DNA of 64,000 nucleotides from Bdellovibrionales bacterium (GTDB lineage: Bacteria; Bdellovibrionota; Bdellovibrionia; Bdellovibrionales; DASUEL01): NCBI GenBank assembly GCA_050250255.1, contig JBFWOZ010000011.1, positions 14,255 through 78,254 on the forward strand, given 5' to 3'. Of the stretch, positions 39,669 through 49,486 are shown one piece after another. Numbering within the stretch: the stretch's first letter is position 1; the number at the start of each line of letters is the position of its first letter. The notes beneath the pieces were generated by a model that was given only the letters and a program-made list of their open reading frames with translations, did not search any database and had not been told where the DNA came from. The translations under genes and the position numbers were made by a program.

Positions 39669-40766
39669 ATGAAGACCAAAATTATTCTATTACTTTGTTT
39701 TTTGATTATTTCAAATTCAATGTTGCGCGCGTCTGCAAAGGGGTTGGATTATTATGAAATTAAATCCGCTGAGGAGCTGCTTTCAAATCACGAATCCTCC
39801 GAAAAGGCTGATGAGTTCAAGATTGCCTTAATTGGCGATACAGAAGCAGGCGCGGGTTTTGGTTCGGTCTTAAAGTTAATTGCCACTGAAAAAGCGAACG
39901 TTGTCATGATAAACGGAGATTTAGGTTATGGATCTTCCCCTGACATGTGGAAAGGTCGCCTTACTTCATCGATAGATACAGATTCCATTGCAGTCATTGG
40001 CACCCTCGGAAACCATGACGTAGGCTCAAATACAAGTAAGTATGTTTCAATATTCGATAATCTGCGGACGGATAAAAATGGCTTGAAGACTGCATGCACT
40101 GGAAGTGTGGGAGTCTCAGAAGGTCATGATATCGTTGCAGCTGATGAAGTGTGTACGTTCGGGAACGTAAGTATAGTAAGTAATGCCATAGGGCAAATTT
40201 TCACAAAGACCTATTTGGAAAATAGACTCGAAGCTAAACTCAAAATCATACCCGCAACTAATTGGAAGCTCGTGGGATACCATTTTACACTTTCCTCTAT
40301 GAATCCAGGTCTAAAAGGTGATGAATCGAGTTTTAGATTTTTCGATCTCATTCGGCAATATGGTGCTATAGGAGCACAAGCCCATACACATAGTGCTATG
40401 GCCTCGTGTCCGATTTCTTCTCCTTTCAAAAGTGGTTCTGCGATTCAGTGTCATCCTGAGTTTAAAAGCCTTGAAGGTCGTTTTGTAATGCCAGGTACAG
40501 CAGTCTACGTGGATTCTTCTCTTGGCGGAAAAGAGGCGCGAAATCGCGGACGCTGTAAAAATCCAGCAGAGGGTGGCTGCAAACACATGGTAGATCTCAT
40601 TTCAAGTGATGGCTATACAAGAGTCGATGGCTCCAAAAACACCAACTTTAATCGTTTGGGTGCGCTCTTTTTTGTTTTTAATGTCGGAGGTGATGCTTCA
40701 AAAGCGTATGCTTATTTTAAATCCATCGACGGACAAACAATATTCAAGTTTGCGCTTGTGCGATAA
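39669..40766 (+). CDS. Secreted calcineurin-like metallophosphoesterase
   Basis: LIGD, NGDLGY, LGNHD and AHTH motifs; signal peptide. Confidence 0.82.
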   Translation: MKTKIILLLCFLIISNSMLRASAKGLDYYEIKSAEELLSNHESSEKADEFKIALIGDTEAGAGFGSVLKLIATEKANVVMINGDLGYGSSPDMWKGRLTSSIDTDSIAVIGTLGNHDVGSNTSKYVSIFDNLRTDKNGLKTACTGSVGVSEGHDIVAADEVCTFGNVSIVSNAIGQIFTKTYLENRLEAKLKIIPATNWKLVGYHFTLSSMNPGLKGDESSFRFFDLIRQYGAIGAQAHTHSAMASCPISSPFKSGSAIQCHPEFKSLEGRFVMPGTAVYVDSSLGGKEARNRGRCKNPAEGGCKHMVDLISSDGYTRVDGSKNTNFNRLGALFFVFNVGGDASKAYAYFKSIDGQTIFKFALVR

Positions 40767-40827
40767 TATTAAGAGCAGAATACCGCGGCGAAATGCAGAA
40801 AATTGATACCAAATTATGAGGGGGGAT

Positions 40828-42072
40828 TTATTTTTTACGAGTTTTGTTCTTTTTTTTCTTCGGTTTAGTAAAAAGACTTTCTTCGAAGGCGATCATCTCG
40901 GCAACGCCCATCTCTTCGGGCTTTTCTTTGGTCGCCACTAGCATTTGTTGGTCGAACTTTGCTTCGTTGAGTTTTGTCTGCAAAAACTCTTCGATGGCGA
41001 GAAGCTTCTCTTGTTCCTCTTCGCTCACAAAGGAAATGGCATCCCCTTTCGCGAAGCCACGGCCCGTACGCCCAATACGATGCACGTAGTTTTCTGGATC
41101 ATCAGGTAGATCGTAGTTAATCACGTGGGTGATGCCTGGCAAATCAATACCCCGAGCGGAGAGATCCGTTGCGATCAGAACGATATTGTTCTGAGTACGA
41201 AACTGCTCAAGATTCTTTTCGCGATCTTCCTGATGAAGACCCCCGTGTAAACCTACTGCTAAGATATTATTTTTTTCTAAGTGAGCGATCACACGCTCTG
41301 CTTTGACCTGAGTTCTTACGAAGACAATCGGCTTTGCTTCGGGAGCTGATTTTAAAAAGCTTACGAGCAAATGGCGTTTTTCATTCATGGGGATTTTCAC
41401 GATAGAGTGAGTGATGTTCTTCGAAACAAATTCTTCGGGAGAGACTTGGATACGAAGAGCGTTCGAGCGAATAAGCGAGTAAGCGGTGCTTTTAATGTTT
41501 TTATTAATGGTGGCTGAGAAAAAGAGCGTTTGATGTCTTTGAGTCAGAAGTCTCTTAATGGCTTCAATTTCTTTAATGAATCCTAGATCCATCATACGAT
41601 CGGCTTCATCAAGCACCAGTGTTCTCACCGCCCTCACATCAATGTGCCCTTGGCGAATGAGATCGAACATGCGGCCCGGAGTGGCGATTAAAATGTCCAC
41701 ACCGCCAGCAAGCTGGGCAATTTGTGAGTCTTGCTCCACCCCACCATAGACCGAATAGTTGGTCGCCTTGGTGTGGGCTGAGAGTTTTGAGAACACCTTG
41801 CCGATTTGCTGAGCCAGTTCTCTTGTTGGAACCATGACAAGACATTTGATACCGCGATCATTTCTCTTTTGCTTAAGATCGTGAATGCGAGAAATGAGCG
41901 GAATCGCAAAAGCGGCTGTTTTACCCGTGCCTGTTTGGGCGATGGCGAGCACATCCTCGTCGTTAAAAATCGCTGGAATCGTTTTGTATTGAATATCGGT
42001 TGTTCGAAAATATCCATTCTGTTCAAGATTGGCTTTAATTTCGGGAGCAATTGGATATTTATCGAATCTCAT
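40828..42072 (-). CDS. DEAD-box RNA helicase (RhlE-like)
   Basis: AQTGTGKT, PTRELA, TPGR, DEAD, SAT, ARGID, HRIGRTGR. Confidence 0.95.
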   Translation of the reverse strand: MRFDKYPIAPEIKANLEQNGYFRTTDIQYKTIPAIFNDEDVLAIAQTGTGKTAAFAIPLISRIHDLKQKRNDRGIKCLVMVPTRELAQQIGKVFSKLSAHTKATNYSVYGGVEQDSQIAQLAGGVDILIATPGRMFDLIRQGHIDVRAVRTLVLDEADRMMDLGFIKEIEAIKRLLTQRHQTLFFSATINKNIKSTAYSLIRSNALRIQVSPEEFVSKNITHSIVKIPMNEKRHLLVSFLKSAPEAKPIVFVRTQVKAERVIAHLEKNNILAVGLHGGLHQEDREKNLEQFRTQNNIVLIATDLSARGIDLPGITHVINYDLPDDPENYVHRIGRTGRGFAKGDAISFVSEEEQEKLLAIEEFLQTKLNEAKFDQQMLVATKEKPEEMGVAEMIAFEESLFTKPKKKKNKTRKK

Positions 42073-42121
42073 TTTTCAATCTCTGCTTTAACACGGACAC
42101 GAGAATTTTCTCGGAGTTTCT

Positions 42122-42481
42122 TTATTGATTAGCTTCCAAAGTATCCACACATGAATCAATAAGATTTAAAAAAGATTCGAGAAAATCTCCTTTTTCATCA
42201 AACACCTGAGCCATGCTTTTGACTGAGTAGATCAGACACTGCTGAGGCTTTGCTTTTGAAGTTTCGATATGTGCCATTTGAACAGAGAGGGTGAGACGAT
42301 GAGCCTGCTCGAACCATTCAACCCTAGTGAATTCATAAGTATAATCACCACCGTTACACCAAAAATCACCACAAACGCTATTCAGTTTTGCTTTGATACG
42401 GCCAAGATCGACGGGTCTAAATTGGTCTGCCTGAGCCGAAAAACTAAAAATAAAGATACTAGCTGCCAATAGAAATTTCAT
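42122..42481 (-). CDS. Small secreted Cys-containing hypothetical protein
   Basis: Signal peptide ending AQA; CGDFWCNGGDYTYEF motif; GGAGG RBS. Confidence 0.75.
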   Translation of the reverse strand: MKFLLAASIFIFSFSAQADQFRPVDLGRIKAKLNSVCGDFWCNGGDYTYEFTRVEWFEQAHRLTLSVQMAHIETSKAKPQQCLIYSVKSMAQVFDEKGDFLESFLNLIDSCVDTLEANQ

Positions 42482-42789
42482 AATACCTCCAAAAGAATAT
42501 GAAACACATAGCTGAGAGCCAGTGAACCTTCAAAAGATGAATGATGAACCAGCAAGATTTGCAATTATTACTGCGCTCAAATCATCCACGTTACATTCTC
42601 TCTTTGGCAGCGCCACAAAAGATACTTCTCTGGCTTCAGAAAAAAGCTCCAGAATAACCTTTGAAATTAGAGAAATCTCTCCACGAGGAGGAGGCGCAGC
42701 CTTCACTTACCCAATTTGGCCCCTAAGTGCACATTATAAAAAATTAATCTCTTTTTCGTTTTTCAGATATGAGATAGATTTGTAAATCT

Positions 42790-43254
42790 ATGAAAAATTA
42801 TCTCGCAATTCTGTTTTTGTTTTTAGCTAGTGCCTGTGCAAGCCCTCGTCACTATGATTCTGGAGCGCAAGAAGCTCCCTATCATGAGGCTGGACACTCA
42901 CCTATCATATTCTCTGATACCACGAACCCTAATGCAGCTCTCATCCAAGCAACCTATGCAGTCATGTTTAGTAGCGATTATTACACCTCTTCAAAAATCG
43001 GTGGAGATTGTAAGTTTAAAAACGCAAAATCCTCACTCCCTTTCCCTTGTCGAAACGTCAAATTGATCTTGAGAAATAGCGATGGCACAGAAGTCTCACG
43101 AGCACAAACCAACGAAAATGGAGCTTTTATGTTTGCCTCAGAGAAAGACAAAAAATATTTTATCGAAATCTTAGGTGCAAAAAGTTACGAAGGCTCTCGT
43201 ACAGGAACCCTTACCAGAGGGCAGAAAATCATCATAGAAATCGCTCTCAAGTAA
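42790..43254 (+). CDS. Hypothetical lipoprotein with a prealbumin/carboxypeptidase-regulatory-like beta fold
   Basis: Lipobox LASAC; QTNENGAFMF motif. Confidence 0.65.
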   Translation: MKNYLAILFLFLASACASPRHYDSGAQEAPYHEAGHSPIIFSDTTNPNAALIQATYAVMFSSDYYTSSKIGGDCKFKNAKSSLPFPCRNVKLILRNSDGTEVSRAQTNENGAFMFASEKDKKYFIEILGAKSYEGSRTGTLTRGQKIIIEIALK

Positions 43255-43393
43255 CTCTTCCTCACTGCGTTGGTCATGTGGTCTACGGCTGGATCACTGG
43301 GTCATTCTGTTGAGCACCTACAAAGGTCCAGCTAACACAAAAGGAATTCAAGCACTGCTTTATTTACAGCTAAAAAGCATTGAGAATGAATTC

Positions 43394-44152
43394 ATGGGTA
43401 AAGGCTTAGCAGATAAAAAAATTGTTCTGATCGCGGTTGCAGATAAAGAACAAAAAGAGAGGATCACGACCCTTGTTTCAGAACACGTGAGCAAATGCCA
43501 GTTCTATTACGCGAGTGACGGTTCCGAAACCCTTTCAAAAATTGATAACGATCCACCTGACATCTTAATCGTAGATGAGCATCTCTCTCGCTTTAGCGGA
43601 ATCCAAATCACCGAAAAAATATTAGAGAAAAAGAATAGCCAAATCGGTGTCATCATTTTATCGCAAATACCCGAGCAAGATCGCTTTGTAGATGAAGTTG
43701 TTATCGGGCAAATCCAATTTGCTTCGAATTTTCAAGAGAACGCCTCCAAAATCCTCAACCGTGTTTTAAACTACATCTCGTACGGAGACAAAGCAGAGTT
43801 TCGTCTGTGCTATCTTTCGCCCAAAGAACTTCTCATGCGTGAAGGTGATAAGGCCGAATTTGTTTACATTCTTAAAAAGGGAAGCCTACAGGCCGTCGTA
43901 AAAAGACAAGATAAAAATATTCTCCTTGGAAATATTGAGCCGGGAGAATTTGTAGGCGAAATGTCTTACATCAACGGTGAAATGCGAAATGCCAGCATCA
44001 TTGCGCTTTCTGACTGCGAATTGATTGAAATTCCCATCGACCAAATGGACCACTTGCTTTTTCAAAAGCCCGCATGGGCACGTGCACTTTTAAAAACTCT
44101 TTCCAAAAGAGTGAAGGTGAATAACGAAAAACTGGCCGTCACCGTAAGCTGA
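43394..44152 (+). CDS. Receiver domain fused to a cyclic-nucleotide-binding domain
   Basis: PPDILIVDE REC; LMREGDKAEFVYILKKG...GEFVGEMS...RNAS cNMP motif. Confidence 0.85.
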   Translation: MGKGLADKKIVLIAVADKEQKERITTLVSEHVSKCQFYYASDGSETLSKIDNDPPDILIVDEHLSRFSGIQITEKILEKKNSQIGVIILSQIPEQDRFVDEVVIGQIQFASNFQENASKILNRVLNYISYGDKAEFRLCYLSPKELLMREGDKAEFVYILKKGSLQAVVKRQDKNILLGNIEPGEFVGEMSYINGEMRNASIIALSDCELIEIPIDQMDHLLFQKPAWARALLKTLSKRVKVNNEKLAVTVS

Positions 44153-44201
44153 CGGGTCATTTTTCGGGTGTCACGACTCGATCCTTAGTAGACGTTCGGC
44201 T

Positions 44202-46088
44202 TTATCTCTGTCCTTTAGAACCAGTTGGTGTCACCGCTCCCGTAACGTTGGAATCCTTCAAACGAGTAACCTTGCCAACATGTGCTCGACTCACTTCTAA
44301 TTCAAAGGCTTCATTTATTTGATAATCATGAAATAAATCTTCAGCAAACAAATCTAAATCATATGAGTGTTTTTTGTCTCTATAGACATATTCAATTTTT
44401 ACTTTGTAACTAGAGGTTTTTTCCGTTTTTTGATTTGCCCCTGGATGAAATGATTGAGGCCAAGGAAGCGGCCTATGATCCTGTTCATTACCACTTACCG
44501 TTCGGCTATTGACAGCACTCCATACATAAGTTTCATAGGAGCATTTCGTATCGTAAACAGGTTCGTCACAATACTTTGTTTGAATTTCGGTAGTATCAGG
44601 TGCACAGCTTTCCGTGAAGCTACCATTTCCATTATCTGCATAAGTACATGTACCTTTGATCGTATGTATTTCTGTCCCGCAAGCAACTTGCACTGTGGAT
44701 CTTTGAGCTTGATGACAACCATGGACATTGAACGCGCCGGGGTGTTCCCCGCGTCCATTGACCGGCATAATTGGAGAGCTTTCATGAATTTGATCTTCCC
44801 AGGCCGTGCGTGTTACGCTTTTAAACTCTAAAAGAGCTTCTGTGTGTGACCATGATTTTGAAACAAGTTGTCCCTGCACAATAGAAGTTTTGAAAAGAAA
44901 GTAAGCACCACCGGCAACGGCAGCAACTCCTGCTCCCCCTACCAGCATTTGAGTTTTTGTTAGACCACTAGGTGTAAGAGAGCGCTCGGGAGAGGTGCTG
45001 TCTGCACGAACCTTGGGGCGCTCTTTTGTATGAGGCGCTCCACAGGATCCACATTTATGATGAATTGCTTTATTGGAGGTGCCACAGGAAGTACAGGACC
45101 AATCTTTCCCTCCATTTGCGACCTTCTTTTCTGCTTCACCACGAACATCATTTGTATCATCAATAATTCGACCCTTAGAATCTCGTGGACCATCATCTAA
45201 ATAATGTTTTGTACCGGCAGGTTTGCCTTTTCCACAATTCGTACAAGAAGCATTGGTTTCACCTTGCGCTGGTCGTGCCGATATTTTTTTAGTTCCACAA
45301 CTTGGACAATCCCAAAAACCCCAAATTTGTCGAGACCCTGATTGCATCATGACGCTAGAGAGTGCCCCCATTGCTGCAGACTCTTGAACCATAGCATTGG
45401 CAATCGAAGCTAATCCCTCTGCGCTCACCGCATACGACGACGCACCAGCAAATGCGAGAGCACCCTGAGCGTTAATAGTCATAGTACTTTGAGATGCCGA
45501 TTTGAGCGCGCTACTGACTGAAGAAATCGTTTTTGGTGCTGGCGCAAGGAGAATGGCCGTGTTCGTTATAAAACGCCCAGCCCGCTCTGGATCGCCAGAT
45601 AATAATTCGTTAAGAGTAGATTCAAAAACAGCTCTAGGGATCTCTTTAACAGTAGCGCCCCATCCTTGTTCTTTGACGGCCTGATATAATCCAGATTTTG
45701 GTATATACACTTTTGCGTCATGAGCGGCTTTAGCGCTACCGAATAAAATTTTAGCACCTGTGACTGTAGCTACTGCCGTATCAAAAAGGGAATAACAGAG
45801 TTCGCGTGCCGTATCCACAGCAGCTCCTATCATACCCTTTGCGCACGCTACTAAGTTCTTTGGACTTCCTTTTACAATATTAACGGGCAGATCAATAACA
45901 TAGGTCTTGGCCTGATCCATGAGTACAATTCGCTTAATTTGTGACTGTTCCTTTTGAAGCCGCTTTAAAACGGCTTGAATTTGGGCTTGGCGTTCTGGAT
46001 TTATCTCTTGAGCTACAGAAGCGTTATGAGAAAAGAGGGTGACAAAAATTGCTAAACAGCTGAACTGCTTGAGACACTTTAAAATCAT
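44202..46088 (-). CDS. Multidomain protein: signal peptide, Ala/Gly-rich region, RanBP2-type Zn fingers, TM helix, Cys-rich C-domain
   Basis: WDCPSCG..CTNCG and WSCTSCGTSN..CGSCGAP; TM LVGGAGVAAVAGGAYFLF. Confidence 0.7.
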   Translation of the reverse strand: MILKCLKQFSCLAIFVTLFSHNASVAQEINPERQAQIQAVLKRLQKEQSQIKRIVLMDQAKTYVIDLPVNIVKGSPKNLVACAKGMIGAAVDTARELCYSLFDTAVATVTGAKILFGSAKAAHDAKVYIPKSGLYQAVKEQGWGATVKEIPRAVFESTLNELLSGDPERAGRFITNTAILLAPAPKTISSVSSALKSASQSTMTINAQGALAFAGASSYAVSAEGLASIANAMVQESAAMGALSSVMMQSGSRQIWGFWDCPSCGTKKISARPAQGETNASCTNCGKGKPAGTKHYLDDGPRDSKGRIIDDTNDVRGEAEKKVANGGKDWSCTSCGTSNKAIHHKCGSCGAPHTKERPKVRADSTSPERSLTPSGLTKTQMLVGGAGVAAVAGGAYFLFKTSIVQGQLVSKSWSHTEALLEFKSVTRTAWEDQIHESSPIMPVNGRGEHPGAFNVHGCHQAQRSTVQVACGTEIHTIKGTCTYADNGNGSFTESCAPDTTEIQTKYCDEPVYDTKCSYETYVWSAVNSRTVSGNEQDHRPLPWPQSFHPGANQKTEKTSSYKVKIEYVYRDKKHSYDLDLFAEDLFHDYQINEAFELEVSRAHVGKVTRLKDSNVTGAVTPTGSKGQR

Positions 46089-46161
46089 TTTATGAACTCC
46101 AGGCTATTGTTCGAAGGACTATCCACTTAGGAGTTCAAAAAAAGGACCACAAAAGCGTTGG

Positions 46162-47718
46162 TTATTTCACAAACTGCGAGCGGATTCTTAGAAAATCTTT
46201 TTGAAATTTTTCTGCCTGCGCCTTGTCGCCCTGAGCTTCATAGATACGGGCCAACACTTCGTAGGATTGATAAAACTGTGAATTGATTTGAATCGCTCTA
46301 TCTAAGTGTTCAACCGCTTTAGGAATTTTCTCCAGTCGCAAAAATACAAGTGCTAAATTGTGATGCGTTTGGGGATATTCATCAGAGACCGAAATTGCTT
46401 TTTCATAAGTGCGAATGGCTTTCTCAAATTCTCCCTGATCGGCATAAGCCATCGCCAAGTTATTATGAACCCGTGCCGAACCTGTTTGAGAATTTTCCAA
46501 AATGTGAGAGTAAAACGTGATCGGGTCACTCCAGAATGTATTTTGCCTCCAGGTGAGAACCATTTCTACGCACAGAATGATTCCAATAATGGCAATAAAC
46601 GCTCTTTGAAAACTGAGCTTTCCAAAATAAGTTTTCAAACTTTGATAAGCCGTCTCTCCGACGCCTAACAAGAGCCCCACGGTTGGTAAATAGAGCCAGT
46701 GATCAAGAAAGAAAGCGTTCATTGGAACGAGAATTCCAGTGTGCGGGAAATAGGCCATAAAAAACCAGAGGAGACCGAAGGCCAAAGGCAAGATTCCACG
46801 CCTTAAATCCCTAAATACTTTCCAAGTTGCAAAGAGTACCAAAGCTAAACCCAAGAGCACTGGCCAAGTGAAGAACTCTATATAAACCGGAAATTCTTTA
46901 TCTAAATGAAGTGGTGAAGGATAAAAAAGAATTTTTACGTAAGACGGCAGAGTCGCCAAGAAAGTATAAACGCGATAAAGAATATTTTCTGTGTAGAGAT
47001 TGCTCTCTTTGTAAAAATTAAACGTGTTATCAAAATTCAAAAATGTTTTTCGAGCGAGTAGATAACCTAAAGTAATCAGAAAAAATGGCCATGTTTTTAA
47101 ATAGGTCTTCACCTTCCAACGCTCGGCACTCACTACAAACAGACATAGAAGACTCAAAGGTAAAAAAACGACAGAGGCCTCTTTTGATAAAATGCCAAAG
47201 ACGTAAATCACACTGGCCCAAACCAAGCGTTTTCCTACTAAAAACCAAAGCCCCAACAAACAAAAGAAAGCATAGAGTACATCGGCCGTTGCACTCATGT
47301 AAGTCACGGCTTCGGTATGCACCGGATGCGCAGCCCACAAAAGAGCGACCACAAAACAGGCTCGTTGATGAAATCCCAACCGACCGCCTAAAAGAAAAAC
47401 CATCATGGCATTGAGCGCATGAATGAGAACGTTCAATGCATGAAAGGCGACCGTTGAAAGACCAAAAAGTTGAAAAACGATGAGATACAACTCGCCCTGT
47501 AGCGGCCGATAGAAAGAATCTACCCCCCCCGCACCGGTCGTCGTTGTACCTTGGAAAATATCAAAGAAGTGACCCCAGGATCGATAGAAGGCATTTTTTA
47601 CGATGAAAAATTCATCGTCATACAAAAATGTATTCCAATACACATTGCCGTAGGCCACGACCACAACAAGCCATAGACATAAAATTTCAAACCACTTTTT
47701 ATTCGCCCGGAAGGACAT
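46162..47718 (-). CDS. TMTC-like membrane protein with C-terminal TPRs (putative protein glycosyltransferase)
   Basis: FLYDD, FYRPL, FHALNVLIH, HPVHTEAV, LSKE, WLYLP; TPR tail HNNLAMAY. Confidence 0.82.
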   Translation of the reverse strand: MSFRANKKWFEILCLWLVVVVAYGNVYWNTFLYDDEFFIVKNAFYRSWGHFFDIFQGTTTTGAGGVDSFYRPLQGELYLIVFQLFGLSTVAFHALNVLIHALNAMMVFLLGGRLGFHQRACFVVALLWAAHPVHTEAVTYMSATADVLYAFFCLLGLWFLVGKRLVWASVIYVFGILSKEASVVFLPLSLLCLFVVSAERWKVKTYLKTWPFFLITLGYLLARKTFLNFDNTFNFYKESNLYTENILYRVYTFLATLPSYVKILFYPSPLHLDKEFPVYIEFFTWPVLLGLALVLFATWKVFRDLRRGILPLAFGLLWFFMAYFPHTGILVPMNAFFLDHWLYLPTVGLLLGVGETAYQSLKTYFGKLSFQRAFIAIIGIILCVEMVLTWRQNTFWSDPITFYSHILENSQTGSARVHNNLAMAYADQGEFEKAIRTYEKAISVSDEYPQTHHNLALVFLRLEKIPKAVEHLDRAIQINSQFYQSYEVLARIYEAQGDKAQAEKFQKDFLRIRSQFVK

Positions 47719-48229
47719 AATCTTTCGTCAATGGAAAATAGAAGTCGGCAGCTTCTTGTACTTCAGGTGAGGTGCTCTCAGGCCATGACCAAATTTCGAC
47801 ACGGCAACCGCGCGATTTTAAAAACCAGATTAGGGGCAGAAAATCTTTGTCTCCCCCTAAAATAATGCACACATCGAGTTTTTCGGCCATCGTCACCGCA
47901 TCGATAATCAAAAAACTATCGGCATTTTTTTGCGGTCTTTTGATTTCTCCGCCAAGACGTGCCCAGAAGGTGGCAAAAGTTTTAGAGATCTCTTTATAGA
48001 GAGGTTTGTAATAGAGAATCCTTAGGACTTCGCGATCCCCCACTTGATCTAAAATCTTTTTATAGTCCGTTCGCCCCTCATGGTGTTTTAAACCTGAGAG
48101 CTCAATATTTTCGGCATCGATAAAAATTCCGACCTTCTGGAAAACCAGATTTTTTTGTCGGTCAGATTCATGGGGTTTGTTGTCGGCAGGGCGGTCTGTT
48201 TTTGGTGGGACTGGGGTTTTGTTTCTCAT
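47699..48229 (-). CDS. NYN (LabA/DUF88, PIN-like) domain protein
   Basis: IFIDAENI, QKNAD, LGGDKDFLPL, GCRVE, ADFYF. Confidence 0.88.
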   Translation of the reverse strand: MRNKTPVPPKTDRPADNKPHESDRQKNLVFQKVGIFIDAENIELSGLKHHEGRTDYKKILDQVGDREVLRILYYKPLYKEISKTFATFWARLGGEIKRPQKNADSFLIIDAVTMAEKLDVCIILGGDKDFLPLIWFLKSRGCRVEIWSWPESTSPEVQEAADFYFPLTKDYVLPGE

Positions 48230-48344
48230 ATATCCTTAAGTGAGATCATCTCTAGGTTGAAGGCTTAAGAGCATTAAAGCGGCATTGAGAATGAAAGTCA
48301 TTATGATCTTGACTAAATAGCTCCCCTGCGCCAAAAAATAGAGC

Positions 48345-48803
48345 ATGGAACAACTTCAGACTTTCACAACGCATCAAAATATCGACCTTAACCACCTCAA
48401 AAAGGTCGTTCGCGCCATTGGACTAAAGGTCACACAACAACGCCTTTTCATTCTGGAAACAATCCTTAAGGGAAGCATTCACGTGACTGCTCAAGAGGTG
48501 TTCGAGTCGGTCCTACGCAAAGCTCCTGACATCGGGTTTGCCACTGTCTACCGTTTCTTAAGAACTCTTTGTGAGCATGGGTATATGACAGAAGTACGAA
48601 TGGGTGGACTCCCCGCTCGTTACGAATGGGCCCAGCGTCGCCATCACGATCACCTCACCTGCACACGCTGTCGCAAAATTTGTGAATTTGAAAATGAACA
48701 AATTGAAAAACTCCAATCCGACATTGCTGAGCAATTTGGTTTTGTTCTGACCAATCACATTTTAGAACTTTATGGCGTGTGCGCCGAGTGCCGTGGCTCT
48801 TAA
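48345..48803 (+). CDS. fur: Fur family transcriptional regulator
   Basis: TQQR, HVTAQEV, ATVYRFL, HHDHLTCTRC, YGVCAEC. Confidence 0.9.
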   Translation: MEQLQTFTTHQNIDLNHLKKVVRAIGLKVTQQRLFILETILKGSIHVTAQEVFESVLRKAPDIGFATVYRFLRTLCEHGYMTEVRMGGLPARYEWAQRRHHDHLTCTRCRKICEFENEQIEKLQSDIAEQFGFVLTNHILELYGVCAECRGS

Positions 48804-49383
48804 AGCCGTCTTTCTTGATCTCGGAAACGTTGTCTTAGAACTCAATATCCAAGAGGCTTTTGAGGCCCTTGGCATTCGTGATCCCTGGAAAAAACTTTCC
48901 GAGTGGAACAAACATCATCTTTACGAAACCGGAAAAATTCCTACCGACATCTTCATTGCCGAAACAAAAAAATATTTTAATCTCAATTTAGAAGAAGCCG
49001 AGTTTATTTTGAAATGGAATCTCATCGTCAAAGATGTACTTCCCGGTGTCGCGGATGTGCTTAAAGCTATTCGTAGCCACGTCCCTCTCTATGCCCTTTC
49101 CAACACCAACGCTCTTCATCTTGAGCACTACAAAAATATGAAAGGCATGGAGCACTTCAATGTTATTTTTGCGAGTCATTTGCTTGGATACAGAAAACCT
49201 CAGCGCGAAATCTTTGAGACCGTTCTTTCACGAATTGGAATTGAACCCCATGAAGCTCTCTTCGTAGATGATATGCCCGAGAATGTTCAAGCCGCACGCG
49301 AAGTCGGACTTCATGCGGAAGTGTGCATGACTTCCAGTGAGCAACTCCTTAAAATTTTTGAACGCTATCATAAAAAAACATAA
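48772..49383 (+). CDS. HAD family phosphatase (start may be the GTG at 48793)
   Basis: FLDLGNV, LSNTN, RKP, FVDD. Confidence 0.88.
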   Translation: MACAPSAVALKAVFLDLGNVVLELNIQEAFEALGIRDPWKKLSEWNKHHLYETGKIPTDIFIAETKKYFNLNLEEAEFILKWNLIVKDVLPGVADVLKAIRSHVPLYALSNTNALHLEHYKNMKGMEHFNVIFASHLLGYRKPQREIFETVLSRIGIEPHEALFVDDMPENVQAAREVGLHAEVCMTSSEQLLKIFERYHKKT

Positions 49384-49486
49384 ACCGATCGCTACCTCCT
49401 AGACCTCCTCCCTCTCAAAAGCCGTTTTACCTTCCGATTTATAAATTTATATTATTTAATTAATATAAATAAGGAAACGTCGACAT

